Below, piece after piece: positions 37,912 through 47,650 of a stretch of 64,000 bases of DNA. Each line of letters begins with the position of its first letter. Within the stretch, counting starts at the first letter, position 1. Both the position numbers and the translations under genes were made by a program. Source of the DNA: an uncultured Actinomycetota bacterium (GTDB taxonomy: Bacteria > Actinomycetota > Actinomycetes > JAHEKZ01); the NCBI GenBank assembly GCA_963829525.1, contig CAWHIJ010000003.1, positions 224,001-288,000 on the forward strand, read 5' to 3'. The notes below the pieces were generated by a model that made no database searches, had not been told where the DNA came from, and worked only from the letters and a program-made list of their open reading frames with translations.

Positions 37912-39066
37912 GTGACGCAACAGTCGTACCGGCTCGGCGACCACGGCCCAGCCGTCGCCCAGATCCGCGACCACCTCGCGCTGCTCGGCCTACTTGAGCA
38001 CGAACCGGCTGAGCGCAGCAGCGGGGAGTGGGACGCGTCGTTCGACCCAACGGTCGAGGCAGCTGTCCGCGCTTTCCAGCAACAACGAGGACTGATTGCC
38101 GACGGAGTCGTTGGGCCCTCCACCTGGCGCCGGCTAGATGGTGCCCGTTGGTCGCTTGGCGATCGCGTCCTTCGCTACGGAGCCCGCCACATGCAGCACG
38201 GTGACGACGTCGCCGCTTTGCAGAGCCGGCTGCACGACCTCGGGTTTGACCCAGGTCGAATCGATGGCATCTTCGGGCCGGACACCGAACGTGGTCTCAA
38301 AGAGCTGCAACGGAACCTTGGTATCCCCGCCGACGGCCTTTGCGGGCCAGTGACCTTTCGCTCATTCGACCAGCTCGCGCGCACCGTCGTAGGTGGCGAG
38401 CCGCACCGCATTCGAGAAGCCGAGCGCCTCCACCACCGCGGACCAGGGCTCGCTGGCAAGGTCATCGTCATCGACCCAGGTCACGGTGGTCCCGATCTGG
38501 GAGTCTGCGCCAACGACCTGACCGAGGCCGATGTCGTCGCTGATCTCGCTTCACGCATCGAGGGGCGTCTTGGGGCCGTCGGCGTGACTGCCTTCTTGAC
38601 CCGCGGAACCAGCCCCAACACGCCTACTGCAACAGAGATCGAGCGGGCGGCCTTCGCCAACGAGGTCGATGCCGACCTTGTCATCTCGCTGCACACCGAT
38701 GGCCACGACAGTCCACACGCGCAGGGTGTGGCGACCTTCTACTACGGAAGCAACGGCTCAAGTGCCACGCGCTCGGTGATCGGTGAAGCATTCGCGGACT
38801 TGGTGCAGCGAGAGATCGTGGCACGCACCGATCTGCTGGACGGCCGCAGCGACGCCAAGACCTGGGACATCCTTCAGCGCACCCGAATGCCGGCGGTACG
38901 CATCGATGTTGGGTATCTGACTCATGCCGGAGACGCCGCCCGGCTGGCTGACCCAGCACTGCGCGACACCATCGCCGGTGCCGTGCTGGTCGCCTTGCAA
39001 CAGCTCTACCAACCGACCACCGACCTGCGGCCCAATGTCGTTCGACTTCCGACCCCCGTCAGCTGA
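37912..39066 (+). CDS. cwlM: N-acetylmuramoyl-L-alanine amidase with two PG-binding domains (CwlM-like)
   Basis: AVRAFQQQRGLIADGVVGP, DPGHGG, ISLH, TRMPAVRIDVGYLT; follows trxA. Confidence 0.9.
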   Translation: MTQQSYRLGDHGPAVAQIRDHLALLGLLEHEPAERSSGEWDASFDPTVEAAVRAFQQQRGLIADGVVGPSTWRRLDGARWSLGDRVLRYGARHMQHGDDVAALQSRLHDLGFDPGRIDGIFGPDTERGLKELQRNLGIPADGLCGPVTFRSFDQLARTVVGGEPHRIREAERLHHRGPGLAGKVIVIDPGHGGPDLGVCANDLTEADVVADLASRIEGRLGAVGVTAFLTRGTSPNTPTATEIERAAFANEVDADLVISLHTDGHDSPHAQGVATFYYGSNGSSATRSVIGEAFADLVQREIVARTDLLDGRSDAKTWDILQRTRMPAVRIDVGYLTHAGDAARLADPALRDTIAGAVLVALQQLYQPTTDLRPNVVRLPTPVS

Positions 39067-40186
39067 GGTCGGTGCCCGGCGCCACGCGATGCGCTCCCTC
39101 CGTCGCGTGCACGGCACTGACGTCCGGCAGCAGATTGCCTTTGTCTGCCAGGGCTTTCTGCAGTCCCGCAGTGATGATGGGAAGATCTGATCGCTTGGCC
39201 AGCACCACAACGCAGCCGCCCAGTCCGGCTCCGGTAAGTCGAGCGCCGATGGCACCGAGATTGAGCGCGGTGTCGACTGCGAGATCGAGTGCCGGAGTGC
39301 TCACTCCGTAGTCGTCTCGTAGCGACTCGTGCGACGCCACCAGCTGCAGCCCCACCTCCAGCAGCCGCCCGGCTCTGAGCAGGTCAACAACGTCCAGCAC
39401 GCGAGCATTCTCGCTGACGACATGACGAGCGCGCGCCCGAAGGACTGGGTCTTCGATCAGTTCAACCGTTGCCGGGTCGGACACTTCGCGGAGTGTGCTG
39501 ACACCGAGCAGGTGCGCTGCTGCCCGGCACTGCGCGACACGTTCACGATACGTGGCGCCGCCTGTCGAATGACGCTCACCGGTATCCACGATCAGCAGCT
39601 CCAGATCGTGAGCTGCAAGGTCGAGTGGTACCGCTGTCATCTCCTGGGACCTGCAGTCGATGAGCACCGCTTGATCGTTCTTCGCCACCATGACGACTGC
39701 TGGATCCATGAAACCAACGGGTGCCCCGAGGTACTCGTTCTCTACGCGTTGGGCAAACCGCGCGACGCGTAGCCGATCGACCTCGTGCCCGTGCGCCTCC
39801 AGGAGCGCAGAGAGGGTGGCGCACACGAGTGCCGCCGACGAGGCGAGCCCGGCGCCCGGAGGGAGGTCACCGCTGGCCGTGACGGTGACCCCGCTGATCT
39901 CGATGCCCTGTCTCTGCAGCAGCCAGACAGCTCCCTCGACGTAAGCCGCCCAATCACCGTGCGCAGGTGTGAGGTCAGCCAGCCGACGTTGGCGCACGGC
40001 ACCTGGGAACTGCGTGGAGCTCGTGCGAAGCGACCCCGTCTTGTCGACGGAAACCTCGACAGAGGTTCCCCTCTCGATCGCGCACGGAAGCACGAATCCG
40101 CCGGCATAGTCGGTGTGGTCCCCGATCACGGTGATCCGACCGGGTGCCCACCACCTCACCGGAGATGACGCCACCAGAGCACTCAC
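39059..40186 (-). CDS. galK: Galactokinase-family GHMP kinase (divergent)
   Basis: APGRITVIGDHTDY, PGAGLASSAA, RARHVVSEN, SHESLRDDY, GARLTGAGLGG. Confidence 0.82.
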   Translation of the reverse strand: MSALVASSPVRWWAPGRITVIGDHTDYAGGFVLPCAIERGTSVEVSVDKTGSLRTSSTQFPGAVRQRRLADLTPAHGDWAAYVEGAVWLLQRQGIEISGVTVTASGDLPPGAGLASSAALVCATLSALLEAHGHEVDRLRVARFAQRVENEYLGAPVGFMDPAVVMVAKNDQAVLIDCRSQEMTAVPLDLAAHDLELLIVDTGERHSTGGATYRERVAQCRAAAHLLGVSTLREVSDPATVELIEDPVLRARARHVVSENARVLDVVDLLRAGRLLEVGLQLVASHESLRDDYGVSTPALDLAVDTALNLGAIGARLTGAGLGGCVVVLAKRSDLPIITAGLQKALADKGNLLPDVSAVHATEGAHRVAPGTDLS

Positions 40187-40198
40187 ACTCGCGCCGGT

Positions 40199-40348
40199 TT
40201 ATCCGGCCTCGGGGCCACCAGCCGGCGTCGGTGGCTGATAACCGGTGCTGTCGATGGGCCTCGGGCCACGGAGCAGCGAAAGCGCGAAGGCTGCCAGTGC
40301 ACCGAGACCAAATCCGACCCCCACTGCGGCCAGCGTCCGCAGCCTCAC
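40199..40348 (-). CDS. Small single-TM protein (49 aa) coupled to parB; absent from the ORF track
   Basis: GTG overlaps the parB TGA; [49 protein letters not shown]; fills the parB-galK gap. Confidence 0.65.
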   Translation of the reverse strand: MRLRTLAAVGVGFGLGALAAFALSLLRGPRPIDSTGYQPPTPAGGPEAG

Positions 40349-41358
40349 GCGTCACCGCGCAGTGCCAGGGCAGCCTGGGGTGCGATGACGCCGACGATGC
40401 GCTCAAGGTCGTCGACCGACGCGAAGGTAATCGTGATCTTCCCCTTGGACCGCCCGAGATCGACGGTCACCCGGGTCTCCAACTCATCCGACAGCGCAGC
40501 CGCCAGATCGGCGAGAGCGGGATTGATCGGTTGTTTTGTCCTGTTTCGCGGTGTTTTGTCCGCCCCAACGGCGCCGACCGCAACCAGTTCCTCGACAGTG
40601 CGAACCGACAGCCCCTCGGCGACAATCCGGCCAGCGAGTCGCTCTTGGTCGGCCGGCTCATCAAGGGCGAGCAGAGCGCGGGCATGGCCAGCAGAGATCA
40701 CCCCGGCAGCGACGCGGCGTTGGACGCCAGCCGGCAACCGGAGCAGCCGCAAGGTGTTCGACACCTGCGGGCGGGAGCGTCCGATTCGGGCGGCCAGCTG
40801 TTCCTGCGTGCACCCGAAGTCACTGAGCAGCTGGCCGTAGGCCGCCGCCTCCTCCAGCGGGTTGAGCTGGGAACGGTGCAGGTTCTCCAGCAAAGCGTCC
40901 CGGAGGAGTGCGTCGTCGGCGGTGTCGCGCACGATAGCCGGGATTGTGGTGAAGCCGGCCTGCTGCGCGGCCCGCCAACGGCGTTCCCCCGCGACCAGCT
41001 CGTATCGATCGTCGCCGATCGGGCGAACCACGATCGGCTGCAGGAGGCCCACTTCGCTGAGTGAGAAGACCAGCTCTGCGAGAGACTCCTCGTCGAAGAC
41101 CTGACGCGGCTGACGCGGGTTCGGGCCGATATTCCCGACCGGGATTTCCGCGTAGTGTGCCAAACCCTGTGCGGCATCGTCAGCGGTGTGCACGATTTCG
41201 AGCTCCGGTGCGCCAGAGGACGGCGCCGATGGCGTCAGCAAGGTGTCGGCCACTACCTGCGACCCACTCCCGGACGGACCCACCGCGGTCCGAGTGCCGG
41301 GCGCGCTCGGGATCAAGGCACCCAGACCACGCCCGAGCCCACGTTTCTTGTCGGTCAT
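40345..41358 (-). CDS. parB: Chromosome partitioning protein ParB
   Basis: [48 protein letters not shown]. Confidence 0.98.
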   Translation of the reverse strand: MTDKKRGLGRGLGALIPSAPGTRTAVGPSGSGSQVVADTLLTPSAPSSGAPELEIVHTADDAAQGLAHYAEIPVGNIGPNPRQPRQVFDEESLAELVFSLSEVGLLQPIVVRPIGDDRYELVAGERRWRAAQQAGFTTIPAIVRDTADDALLRDALLENLHRSQLNPLEEAAAYGQLLSDFGCTQEQLAARIGRSRPQVSNTLRLLRLPAGVQRRVAAGVISAGHARALLALDEPADQERLAGRIVAEGLSVRTVEELVAVGAVGADKTPRNRTKQPINPALADLAAALSDELETRVTVDLGRSKGKITITFASVDDLERIVGVIAPQAALALRGDA

Positions 41359-42341
41359 GCTGGGGTACCGCCTCCTGGAGTTGCGGTCCGGTGGGCCATC
41401 TCGCGCGCCGCCTCAAGGTAGGAAAGCGCTCCACTACTGCCTGGATCGTAGGTTAGAACGGTCTGGCTGTAACTCGGCGCCTCCGACACGCGTACCGATC
41501 GCGGAATGGCAGTGGCCAGGACCACTTCACCGAAGTGCTCGCGCACCTCCTCGGCCACCTGAGCCGCAAGCCGGGTACGACCGTCATACATGGTCAGCAG
41601 GATGGTCGATACCGCGAGATCAGGGTTGAGGTGTGACTGGATGAGCTCGACGTTGCGAATGAGCTGCCCCAGACCCTCAAGGGCGTAGTACTCGCACTGA
41701 ATCGGGATCAGCACCTCACTGGCTGCTACGAAGGCATTGATGGTGAGCAGCCCCAACGAGGGCGGGCAGTCGACGAATACGAAGTCATAGGGGAGTCCTG
41801 CCTCAGCCGCCTCCTGCAGCAGGGCAGTCAAGGCGCGCTGAAGGCGGCTTTCCCTGGCCACCAATGAGACCAGCTCGATCTCGGCGCCAGCCAGATCGAT
41901 GGTGGCAGGAACGCATGCCAGGCCAGGGACCGCCTCGACCTCATGGAGCGCAAACGCCAGGCGCTCGCCCTCGATGAGTACCTCATAGACGCTCGGTTCC
42001 CCTGCATGGTGCGGGACGGCTAGCGCCGTCGACGCGTTCCCCTGCGGGTCGAGATCGATGACGAGGACCCGCAAACCGTGCATCGCCAGTGCGGCCGCGA
42101 TGTTGACCGTTGTCGTGGTCTTGCCGACGCCACCCTTCTGATTGGCGACCGTGAGGACCCTGGTCGAAGCTGGACGCGGCCAGATCTCGTTGCGCCCACC
42201 CCTGATCCGTGCTGCCACGGCCGCGGCAGCCGCGATTGGGGTCTCGTCTTCCGGAAGAGACTTGGTTTCACGTGAAACAACAGACTCCGCTGCGGTCAAC
42301 GGGTAGACCATCTCAGTTGGCGCTGGCGGGTCCTCGATCAT
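41355..42341 (-). CDS. parA: Chromosome partitioning ATPase ParA/Soj
   Basis: [39 protein letters not shown]. Confidence 0.98.
   Translation of the reverse strand: MIEDPPAPTEMVYPLTAAESVVSRETKSLPEDETPIAAAAAVAARIRGGRNEIWPRPASTRVLTVANQKGGVGKTTTTVNIAAALAMHGLRVLVIDLDPQGNASTALAVPHHAGEPSVYEVLIEGERLAFALHEVEAVPGLACVPATIDLAGAEIELVSLVARESRLQRALTALLQEAAEAGLPYDFVFVDCPPSLGLLTINAFVAASEVLIPIQCEYYALEGLGQLIRNVELIQSHLNPDLAVSTILLTMYDGRTRLAAQVAEEVREHFGEVVLATAIPRSVRVSEAPSYSQTVLTYDPGSSGALSYLEAAREMAHRTATPGGGTPA
42265..42278. promoter_or_regulatory. parS site 1 (within the parA 5' end)
   Basis: Perfect palindrome GTTTCACGTGAAAC. Confidence 0.95.
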
Positions 42342-43003
42342 GCATCCTCCGCTGGAGAGTCCGATGGACGGGCAGTCCGGACGATATGCGTCACGCTACC
42401 CCCTTCGCCCGAGACCAGGACTTCTCGGTCGACGACTCCCCAACGATCGAGCGCACTTGCGGCCGCGGAGAGCTCGGCGGCGGCGCTGGCCCCTTTCTGG
42501 GCCAGCAGAACGCCACCCGGTCGAAGCAATGGCATCGCCCAACCAATGAGCCGATCGAGGGGGGCGACCGCTCTGGCCACGACCACGTCATGTCCGGGAG
42601 CCTGCCGCGCATAATCCTCTGCCCTTGCCCGCACCACAGTGACGCCGGACAGCTGCAGGTCAGCCACCACCTCCTCGAGGAAGGTCGCTCGGCGCAGGAG
42701 CGGTTCGAGGAGAACCATCGGACAATCCGGTCTGAGCAGCGCCAGCACTAGTCCAGGCAGGCCTGCTCCCGATCCGAGATCGCAGACGTTCCCGCTGAGC
42801 GGCAGGTAGTCGTCAACGACGGCGCAGTTAAGAAGGTGCCGGCTCCAGATTCGGTCTACTTCCCTCGGTCCAAGCAGACCCCGCTCGACACCGGGACCTG
42901 CCAGCCACCCTGCGTACCGCTCGGCCTTGGCTGTCGCAATACCGAACCGCGCTCGGGCCTCAGGTGGCGCCGAAAGAGACGAAACAGGCGTCGGTGGTTT
43001 CAC
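42338..43003 (-). CDS. rsmG: 16S rRNA m7G527 methyltransferase
   Basis: RGLLGPRE...RHLLNC, DLGSGAGLPG, ARAVAPL. Start uncertain; GTG within parS2 chosen. Confidence 0.95.
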   Translation of the reverse strand: MKPPTPVSSLSAPPEARARFGIATAKAERYAGWLAGPGVERGLLGPREVDRIWSRHLLNCAVVDDYLPLSGNVCDLGSGAGLPGLVLALLRPDCPMVLLEPLLRRATFLEEVVADLQLSGVTVVRARAEDYARQAPGHDVVVARAVAPLDRLIGWAMPLLRPGGVLLAQKGASAAAELSAAASALDRWGVVDREVLVSGEGGSVTHIVRTARPSDSPAEDA

Positions 43004-43010
43004 GTGAAAC
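42997..43010. promoter_or_regulatory. parS site 2 (jag/rsmG junction)
   Basis: Perfect palindrome GTTTCACGTGAAAC. Confidence 0.95.
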
Positions 43011-43052
43011 AACCGTGCTGCATCAGCACCACCCGAGCGGGTCCACCATGAG

Positions 43053-43613
43053 TCAGGAGGGTAGAATGACGACGTAGCGGTTGGGTTCTTGACCCTCCGA
43101 CTCACTCGTCAGGCCGGCAGCCGCCACCGCATCGTGCACGATCTTTCGCTCAAACGGGGTCATCGGCTCGAGGCTGACCGGTTTCCCGGTCTCCTGAGCC
43201 GTGGCGGCTGCCGAGGCGCCTGCCAATGTCAATGCCTCTCGTTTGCCCTGGCGCCAGCCGGCGACATCGAGCATCAACCGGCTCCGCTCCCCCGTCTCGC
43301 GCAGGACCGCGAGCCTGGTCAACTCTTGCAGGGCGTCGACGACGGCCCCTTCCTCGCCCACCAGGTGGTCGAGGTTTCCACCGACGAGCGACACCATGGC
43401 GCGCTCACCCTCAACGTCCATGTCGATGTCACCATCGAGATCGGCAATGTCCAAGAGCTCTTCGATGTAGTCGGCAGCGACGTCACCCTCACGTTCGAGC
43501 CGTTGCGCCAACGTCGGCGCCGCGCCAGCCTCCGCGGCCGGCGTGACCTCGGCTGCGGTTTCGGCTGCCGTCTCGGTCGCGACCTCGGTCGCAGTCTCGG
43601 TGGTCTCGCTCAC
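43053..43613 (-). CDS. jag: Jag/EloR/KhpB RNA-binding protein (KH + R3H)
   Basis: EGDVAADYIEELLDIADLDGD, ERKIVHD, SESEGQEPNRYVV. Confidence 0.93.
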   Translation of the reverse strand: MSETTETATEVATETAAETAAEVTPAAEAGAAPTLAQRLEREGDVAADYIEELLDIADLDGDIDMDVEGERAMVSLVGGNLDHLVGEEGAVVDALQELTRLAVLRETGERSRLMLDVAGWRQGKREALTLAGASAAATAQETGKPVSLEPMTPFERKIVHDAVAAAGLTSESEGQEPNRYVVILPS

Positions 43614-44581
43614 GGTGTCTCCTCGTTCGGGCTGGGCTCGGCGCCGCCGGTACGCCTCTTACGCTGGCTGCGCGGTTTCCGCTTTGGCTGGTTGCGGACA
43701 ACTTTCGGCTCGGCTGCGGGTGCTTCCTCAATGATGGTCGGAGCACCTCCGTCTGCTCCCCCCCGCTTGGCGGCTTTGCGCGCCTGGCGTTCCTCCCACT
43801 CGGTGAACGCCTGACTGCCGGGCGCTGGGTTGTTGCGAATCACGTAGTACTGCTGCCCCATGGACCAGACGTTGGTCGTCAGCCAGTAGATCAACACCCC
43901 GATGGGGAAGTTGATCCCGAAGATGGCGAACATGAAGGGGAAGACGTAGACGAGTAGCTTCTGCTGCTGCAGGAAGGGATTGGAGTCAGCGTTGGCGATT
44001 CCCTTCACCATGAGCTGCTTCTGGGTGATGAAGGTGGTCAGCGTCATCAGGGCAATTAGGACAAGCGAGACAATTCGGATGTTGAGCATCTCGGTGGGGT
44101 ACTGCGAGGCGTCCATGAAGGACGCAGAGATCGGTGCGCCGAAGATGGTCGCCTGGGCTGCCGAGTCGACCAGCGACTGCGTCATCGGGCCGATCGGGTT
44201 ATCGTCGGCAACTCCGAACTTCAGGACGTGGAAGAGCGCGAAGAAGATCGGCATCTGCAAGATGATCGGCAAGCACGACGAGAAGGGGTTCGTTCCGTTC
44301 TCGCGGTAGAGCTTCATCATCTCTTCGGACTGCTTCTGGCGATCGTCCTTGTACCGCTTCTGGAGCGCCTTGATCTCCGGCTGCAGGATCTGCAAGGCGC
44401 GCTGCGCCTTGATCTGCTTGACGAAAAGCGGAATCAGCAAGATCCGGATGACCAGAACTAACCCGACGATGGACAGCGCCCATGCCGCTCCGCTGTCCCG
44501 CGGAAAAATCAGGCTCCAGAACGAGTGCCACTGGACTAGGACCCAGGCGACGGCGTAATAGAGCGGATCAAGCAGACCCAT
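43610..44581 (-). CDS. yidC: Membrane protein insertase
   Basis: [43 protein letters not shown]. Confidence 0.97.
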   Translation of the reverse strand: MGLLDPLYYAVAWVLVQWHSFWSLIFPRDSGAAWALSIVGLVLVIRILLIPLFVKQIKAQRALQILQPEIKALQKRYKDDRQKQSEEMMKLYRENGTNPFSSCLPIILQMPIFFALFHVLKFGVADDNPIGPMTQSLVDSAAQATIFGAPISASFMDASQYPTEMLNIRIVSLVLIALMTLTTFITQKQLMVKGIANADSNPFLQQQKLLVYVFPFMFAIFGINFPIGVLIYWLTTNVWSMGQQYYVIRNNPAPGSQAFTEWEERQARKAAKRGGADGGAPTIIEEAPAAEPKVVRNQPKRKPRSQRKRRTGGAEPSPNEETP

Positions 44582-44855
44582 GGGTCACGCTCCTTGTGAC
44601 TGGTGTCGTTGCGTCGCCGGGGTTTCGGGGCGGAACATGGTCGACGCCACCTGGCGTCCATGGGTGACAACGGGCCAGGCGGCGCAGAGCCAGCCAGCTG
44701 CCGCGCAGCACACCATGAGTCTTGAGGGCCTCCTCGGCATACGCCGAGCAGGAGGGGTAGTACCGGCAAGTCTGCGGCGTCAATGGCGAGATCAAGTTCC
44801 GGTAGACCCACAACGGGGCCAAGATGAAGCCCAGGAGAACACGGCGGACGCTCAC
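44568..44855 (-). CDS. yidD: Membrane protein insertion efficiency factor
   Basis: [21 protein letters not shown]. Confidence 0.96.
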   Translation of the reverse strand: MSVRRVLLGFILAPLWVYRNLISPLTPQTCRYYPSCSAYAEEALKTHGVLRGSWLALRRLARCHPWTPGGVDHVPPRNPGDATTPVTRSVTHGSA

Positions 44856-45202
44856 GACGCCGCCGCAAAGCCCAGCCGGAGGGCCGCTTGCCCAAGATCG
44901 GTCGCCAGTTCCTCGGAGGTAGCCGTTGCCGCGCCGGGGAGTGCCCTGACGACCACGAGGTCACCCATGCCCCAGACTTGTACATCGTGTGCACACACAG
45001 CTCGCAGTCGACGACAGACCCGATGACGGATTACTGCGTTGCCCACCGCTTTGCTCACGATGAACCCCACTCGAGCCGGCTCTGCACAGTCTTGCCTGGA
45101 CCTCACGTGGAGAACGAGAGTCGGCCGCGAAGCCCGACGACCACGCCGAACGGCAGCGGTGAAGTCCGCACTCCGCCGCATTCGATGGGCTGAGGGGAGC
45201 AC
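44852..45202 (-). CDS. rnpA: Ribonuclease P protein component
   Basis: [24 protein letters not shown]. Confidence 0.96.
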   Translation of the reverse strand: MLPSAHRMRRSADFTAAVRRGRRASRPTLVLHVRSRQDCAEPARVGFIVSKAVGNAVIRHRVCRRLRAVCAHDVQVWGMGDLVVVRALPGAATATSEELATDLGQAALRLGFAAAS

Positions 45203-45205
45203 CGG

Positions 45206-45343
45206 TCAGGCGGCGAGGCGGGCGCGGCCCTTACGGCGACGCGCCGAAAGGATGGAGCGGCCAGCGCGGGTGCGCATGCGGAGCCGGAAGCCGTGGGTCT
45301 TGGCCCGGCGCCGATTGTTGGGCTGGAACGTACGCTTGGACAC
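45206..45343 (-). CDS. rpmH: 50S ribosomal protein L34
   Basis: [23 protein letters not shown]. Confidence 0.98.
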   Translation of the reverse strand: MSKRTFQPNNRRRAKTHGFRLRMRTRAGRSILSARRRKGRARLAA

Positions 45344-45614
45344 GAGGGGCTCCGAGGTCTGACTGGTGGGGCAGGGCGGGGGCAGCCCCCGCGGGGCAGC
45401 TACCACAGTACTGCAAGTGAGGCGGGCAGCGGTCTACCGTACAACGCCGGACCGGGGGTGGGTCAAACCGGACGCTGAGTGGCGGCCGCCGACGGGGCCT
45501 GAACTCGCCCGAGAACCAAGCTCAGGTGCGACCGCCCTCTGGGTAACTTTCCATTGTTTCGAACTCTTGCTCGGGGGTGGGGGAGACACGCCGCAGATCG
45601 CTCGCTACGGTGGC

Positions 45615-45795
45615 GGTAGTTGTGGACAACCGCTGGACGCCATCGGTTCAGCCCGGTAGCGTCCGCCCGCGTACGTCAGGTCAACCGGCCACCGGCCGGC
45701 GCGACCCGATATCGCTGATCTGTCCCACCCACAGCCTGTGGATGAACGTGTGGATCTAGGCCCTGACCTGCGAACTTCGCTTGTGGATGACAGAT
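45615..45795. promoter_or_regulatory. dnaA promoter region with DnaA boxes
   Basis: Perfect TGTGGACAA 45621; TGTGGATGA 45737, TGTGGATCT 45749, TGTGGATGA 45782. Confidence 0.85.
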
Positions 45796-45830
45796 CGTAG
45801 GAGAGCTCGGGGAGGAGTGGAAGGCCGCCT

Positions 45831-47258
45831 GTGACCACGCAGACCCAAGACCTGGCCACCGTCTGGAACCGGGTGCTCGACACCCTGGCAGACGAGGCCG
45901 GCCCGCAGGCCGGCGCATTTTTGCGCCTCACCCGCCCTGTGGGGGTGGTCGAGGACACCGCCCTCCTCGCCGCCCCCAACGAGTTCACCAAGGACCTCAT
46001 CGAGAGTCGACTGCGACCTCATGTCACCGAGGTTCTCTCCCGCGAGCTCGGCCGAGAGGTCCGTATCGCCGTGACCGTCGAGCCTGAGCTCGCCAATGAG
46101 CACCCCGGCACAGACGATGACGAGTTGGATGCAGAGACCCTTGCCGCAGACGCCGTCCGAATCTCCGACGATCCCGCCACCCGCCCCGGGACCGGGTCTC
46201 CGGTTCCCCGATTCGACTCCGACTCGCGCCTGAACCCGAAATACACATTCGACACGTTTGTCATCGGGGCAAGCAACCGTTTTGCACACGCCGCTGCCGT
46301 GGCGGTCGCCGAGGCACCAGCCAAGGCGTACAACCCCCTCTTCATCTATGGCGGTTCAGGGCTGGGAAAGACTCACCTACTGCACGCGATTGGGCACTAC
46401 GCCCGCAACCTCTATGCCGGAACGCGAGTCCTCTATGTGAGCTCTGAGGAGTTCACCAATGACTTCATCAACTCGATTCGCGACGACAAAGCTCAAGCAT
46501 TTCAACGCCGCTATCGCGATATCGACGTCCTGCTGATCGACGATATCCAGTTCCTGCAAGGGCGTGTGCAGACTCAGGAGGAGTTCTTCCATACGTTCAA
46601 CACACTCCACACCGCGAACAAGCAGATCGTCATCACCAGCGACGTTTCACCGCAGCAACTCTCCGGTTTCGAGGACCGCATGCGAACCAGGTTCACCTGG
46701 GGTCTGACCACCGACGTACAACCACCTGACCTCGAGACCAGAATCGCGATTCTTCGTAAGAAGGCGGCCCAGGAGAAGCTCCAAGCGCCTCCGGAGGTCC
46801 TGGAGTTCATCGCCAGCAAGATCGCCACCAACATCCGTGAGCTTGAGGGCGCCCTGATTCGAGTCACGGCGTTTGCCAGCCTGAATCGGCAGCCGGTCGA
46901 CCTTGCGCTTGCCGAGATCGTGCTCAAGGACCTGATTCCTGAGAGCAGCGGTCCTGAGGTGACCAGCGCACTGATCATGGCCCAGACCGCCGCCTATTTT
47001 GGGCTTACCTTGGACGACCTCTGTGGCTCCAGTCGCTCGCGAGTGTTGGTGAACGCCCGTCAGATCGCCATGTACCTGTGCCGAGAGCTCACCGACCTGT
47101 CCCTGCCGAAGATCGGCCAACAGTTCGGCGGTCGTGACCACACCACGGTCATGCATGCCGATCGTAAGATTCGCCAACTGATGGCCGAGCGACGCAGCGT
47201 CTACAACCAGGTCACCGAGCTGACCAACCGGATCAAGTCCCAGGCGCGGCAGGGCTGA
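45831..47258 (+). CDS. dnaA: Chromosomal replication initiator
   Basis: [46 protein letters not shown]. Confidence 0.99.
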   Translation: MTTQTQDLATVWNRVLDTLADEAGPQAGAFLRLTRPVGVVEDTALLAAPNEFTKDLIESRLRPHVTEVLSRELGREVRIAVTVEPELANEHPGTDDDELDAETLAADAVRISDDPATRPGTGSPVPRFDSDSRLNPKYTFDTFVIGASNRFAHAAAVAVAEAPAKAYNPLFIYGGSGLGKTHLLHAIGHYARNLYAGTRVLYVSSEEFTNDFINSIRDDKAQAFQRRYRDIDVLLIDDIQFLQGRVQTQEEFFHTFNTLHTANKQIVITSDVSPQQLSGFEDRMRTRFTWGLTTDVQPPDLETRIAILRKKAAQEKLQAPPEVLEFIASKIATNIRELEGALIRVTAFASLNRQPVDLALAEIVLKDLIPESSGPEVTSALIMAQTAAYFGLTLDDLCGSSRSRVLVNARQIAMYLCRELTDLSLPKIGQQFGGRDHTTVMHADRKIRQLMAERRSVYNQVTELTNRIKSQARQG

Positions 47259-47650
47259 GGATCGTGACCGACCGTCCAGATCCAGTCATCACGCTGGGTA
47301 CACACGCTGGGGACAACCCTGTGGACGATGTGGGGTTGGTCGTGGGTTACCTGGGGACGAACGGTGGATGTCGCCGGTTGTTCACTTCGTCGTCCACTGC
47401 TCATCCCCGAGAAGTCGCCCAGGCTTCACAGCGCCCTGTGGACACCAATCACCGGGCTGACCTGCGACAACAGCGGCCGTCCCCACTATCCACCACACCG
47501 ACTACGACGACGATTACTCCTTCATCACTCCACCAAAGCACCGCAATAGGCCAGACCCAAAACCAATACAGCTCGTCACGTAGAGTGACCGACCGGATGC
47601 CGGTACTCTCATGCGTCCGGCGTCCAACGCCCTAATCCGGAGGATCTTTC
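47259..47650. other. Replication origin oriC (dnaA-dnaN intergenic)
   Basis: Degenerate DnaA boxes at 47308, 47320, 47352, 47363, 47378, 47390, 47401, 47437, 47477, 47486, then a DnaA-trio-like run GAC TAC GAC GAC GAT TAC at 47500-47517. Confidence 0.92.
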
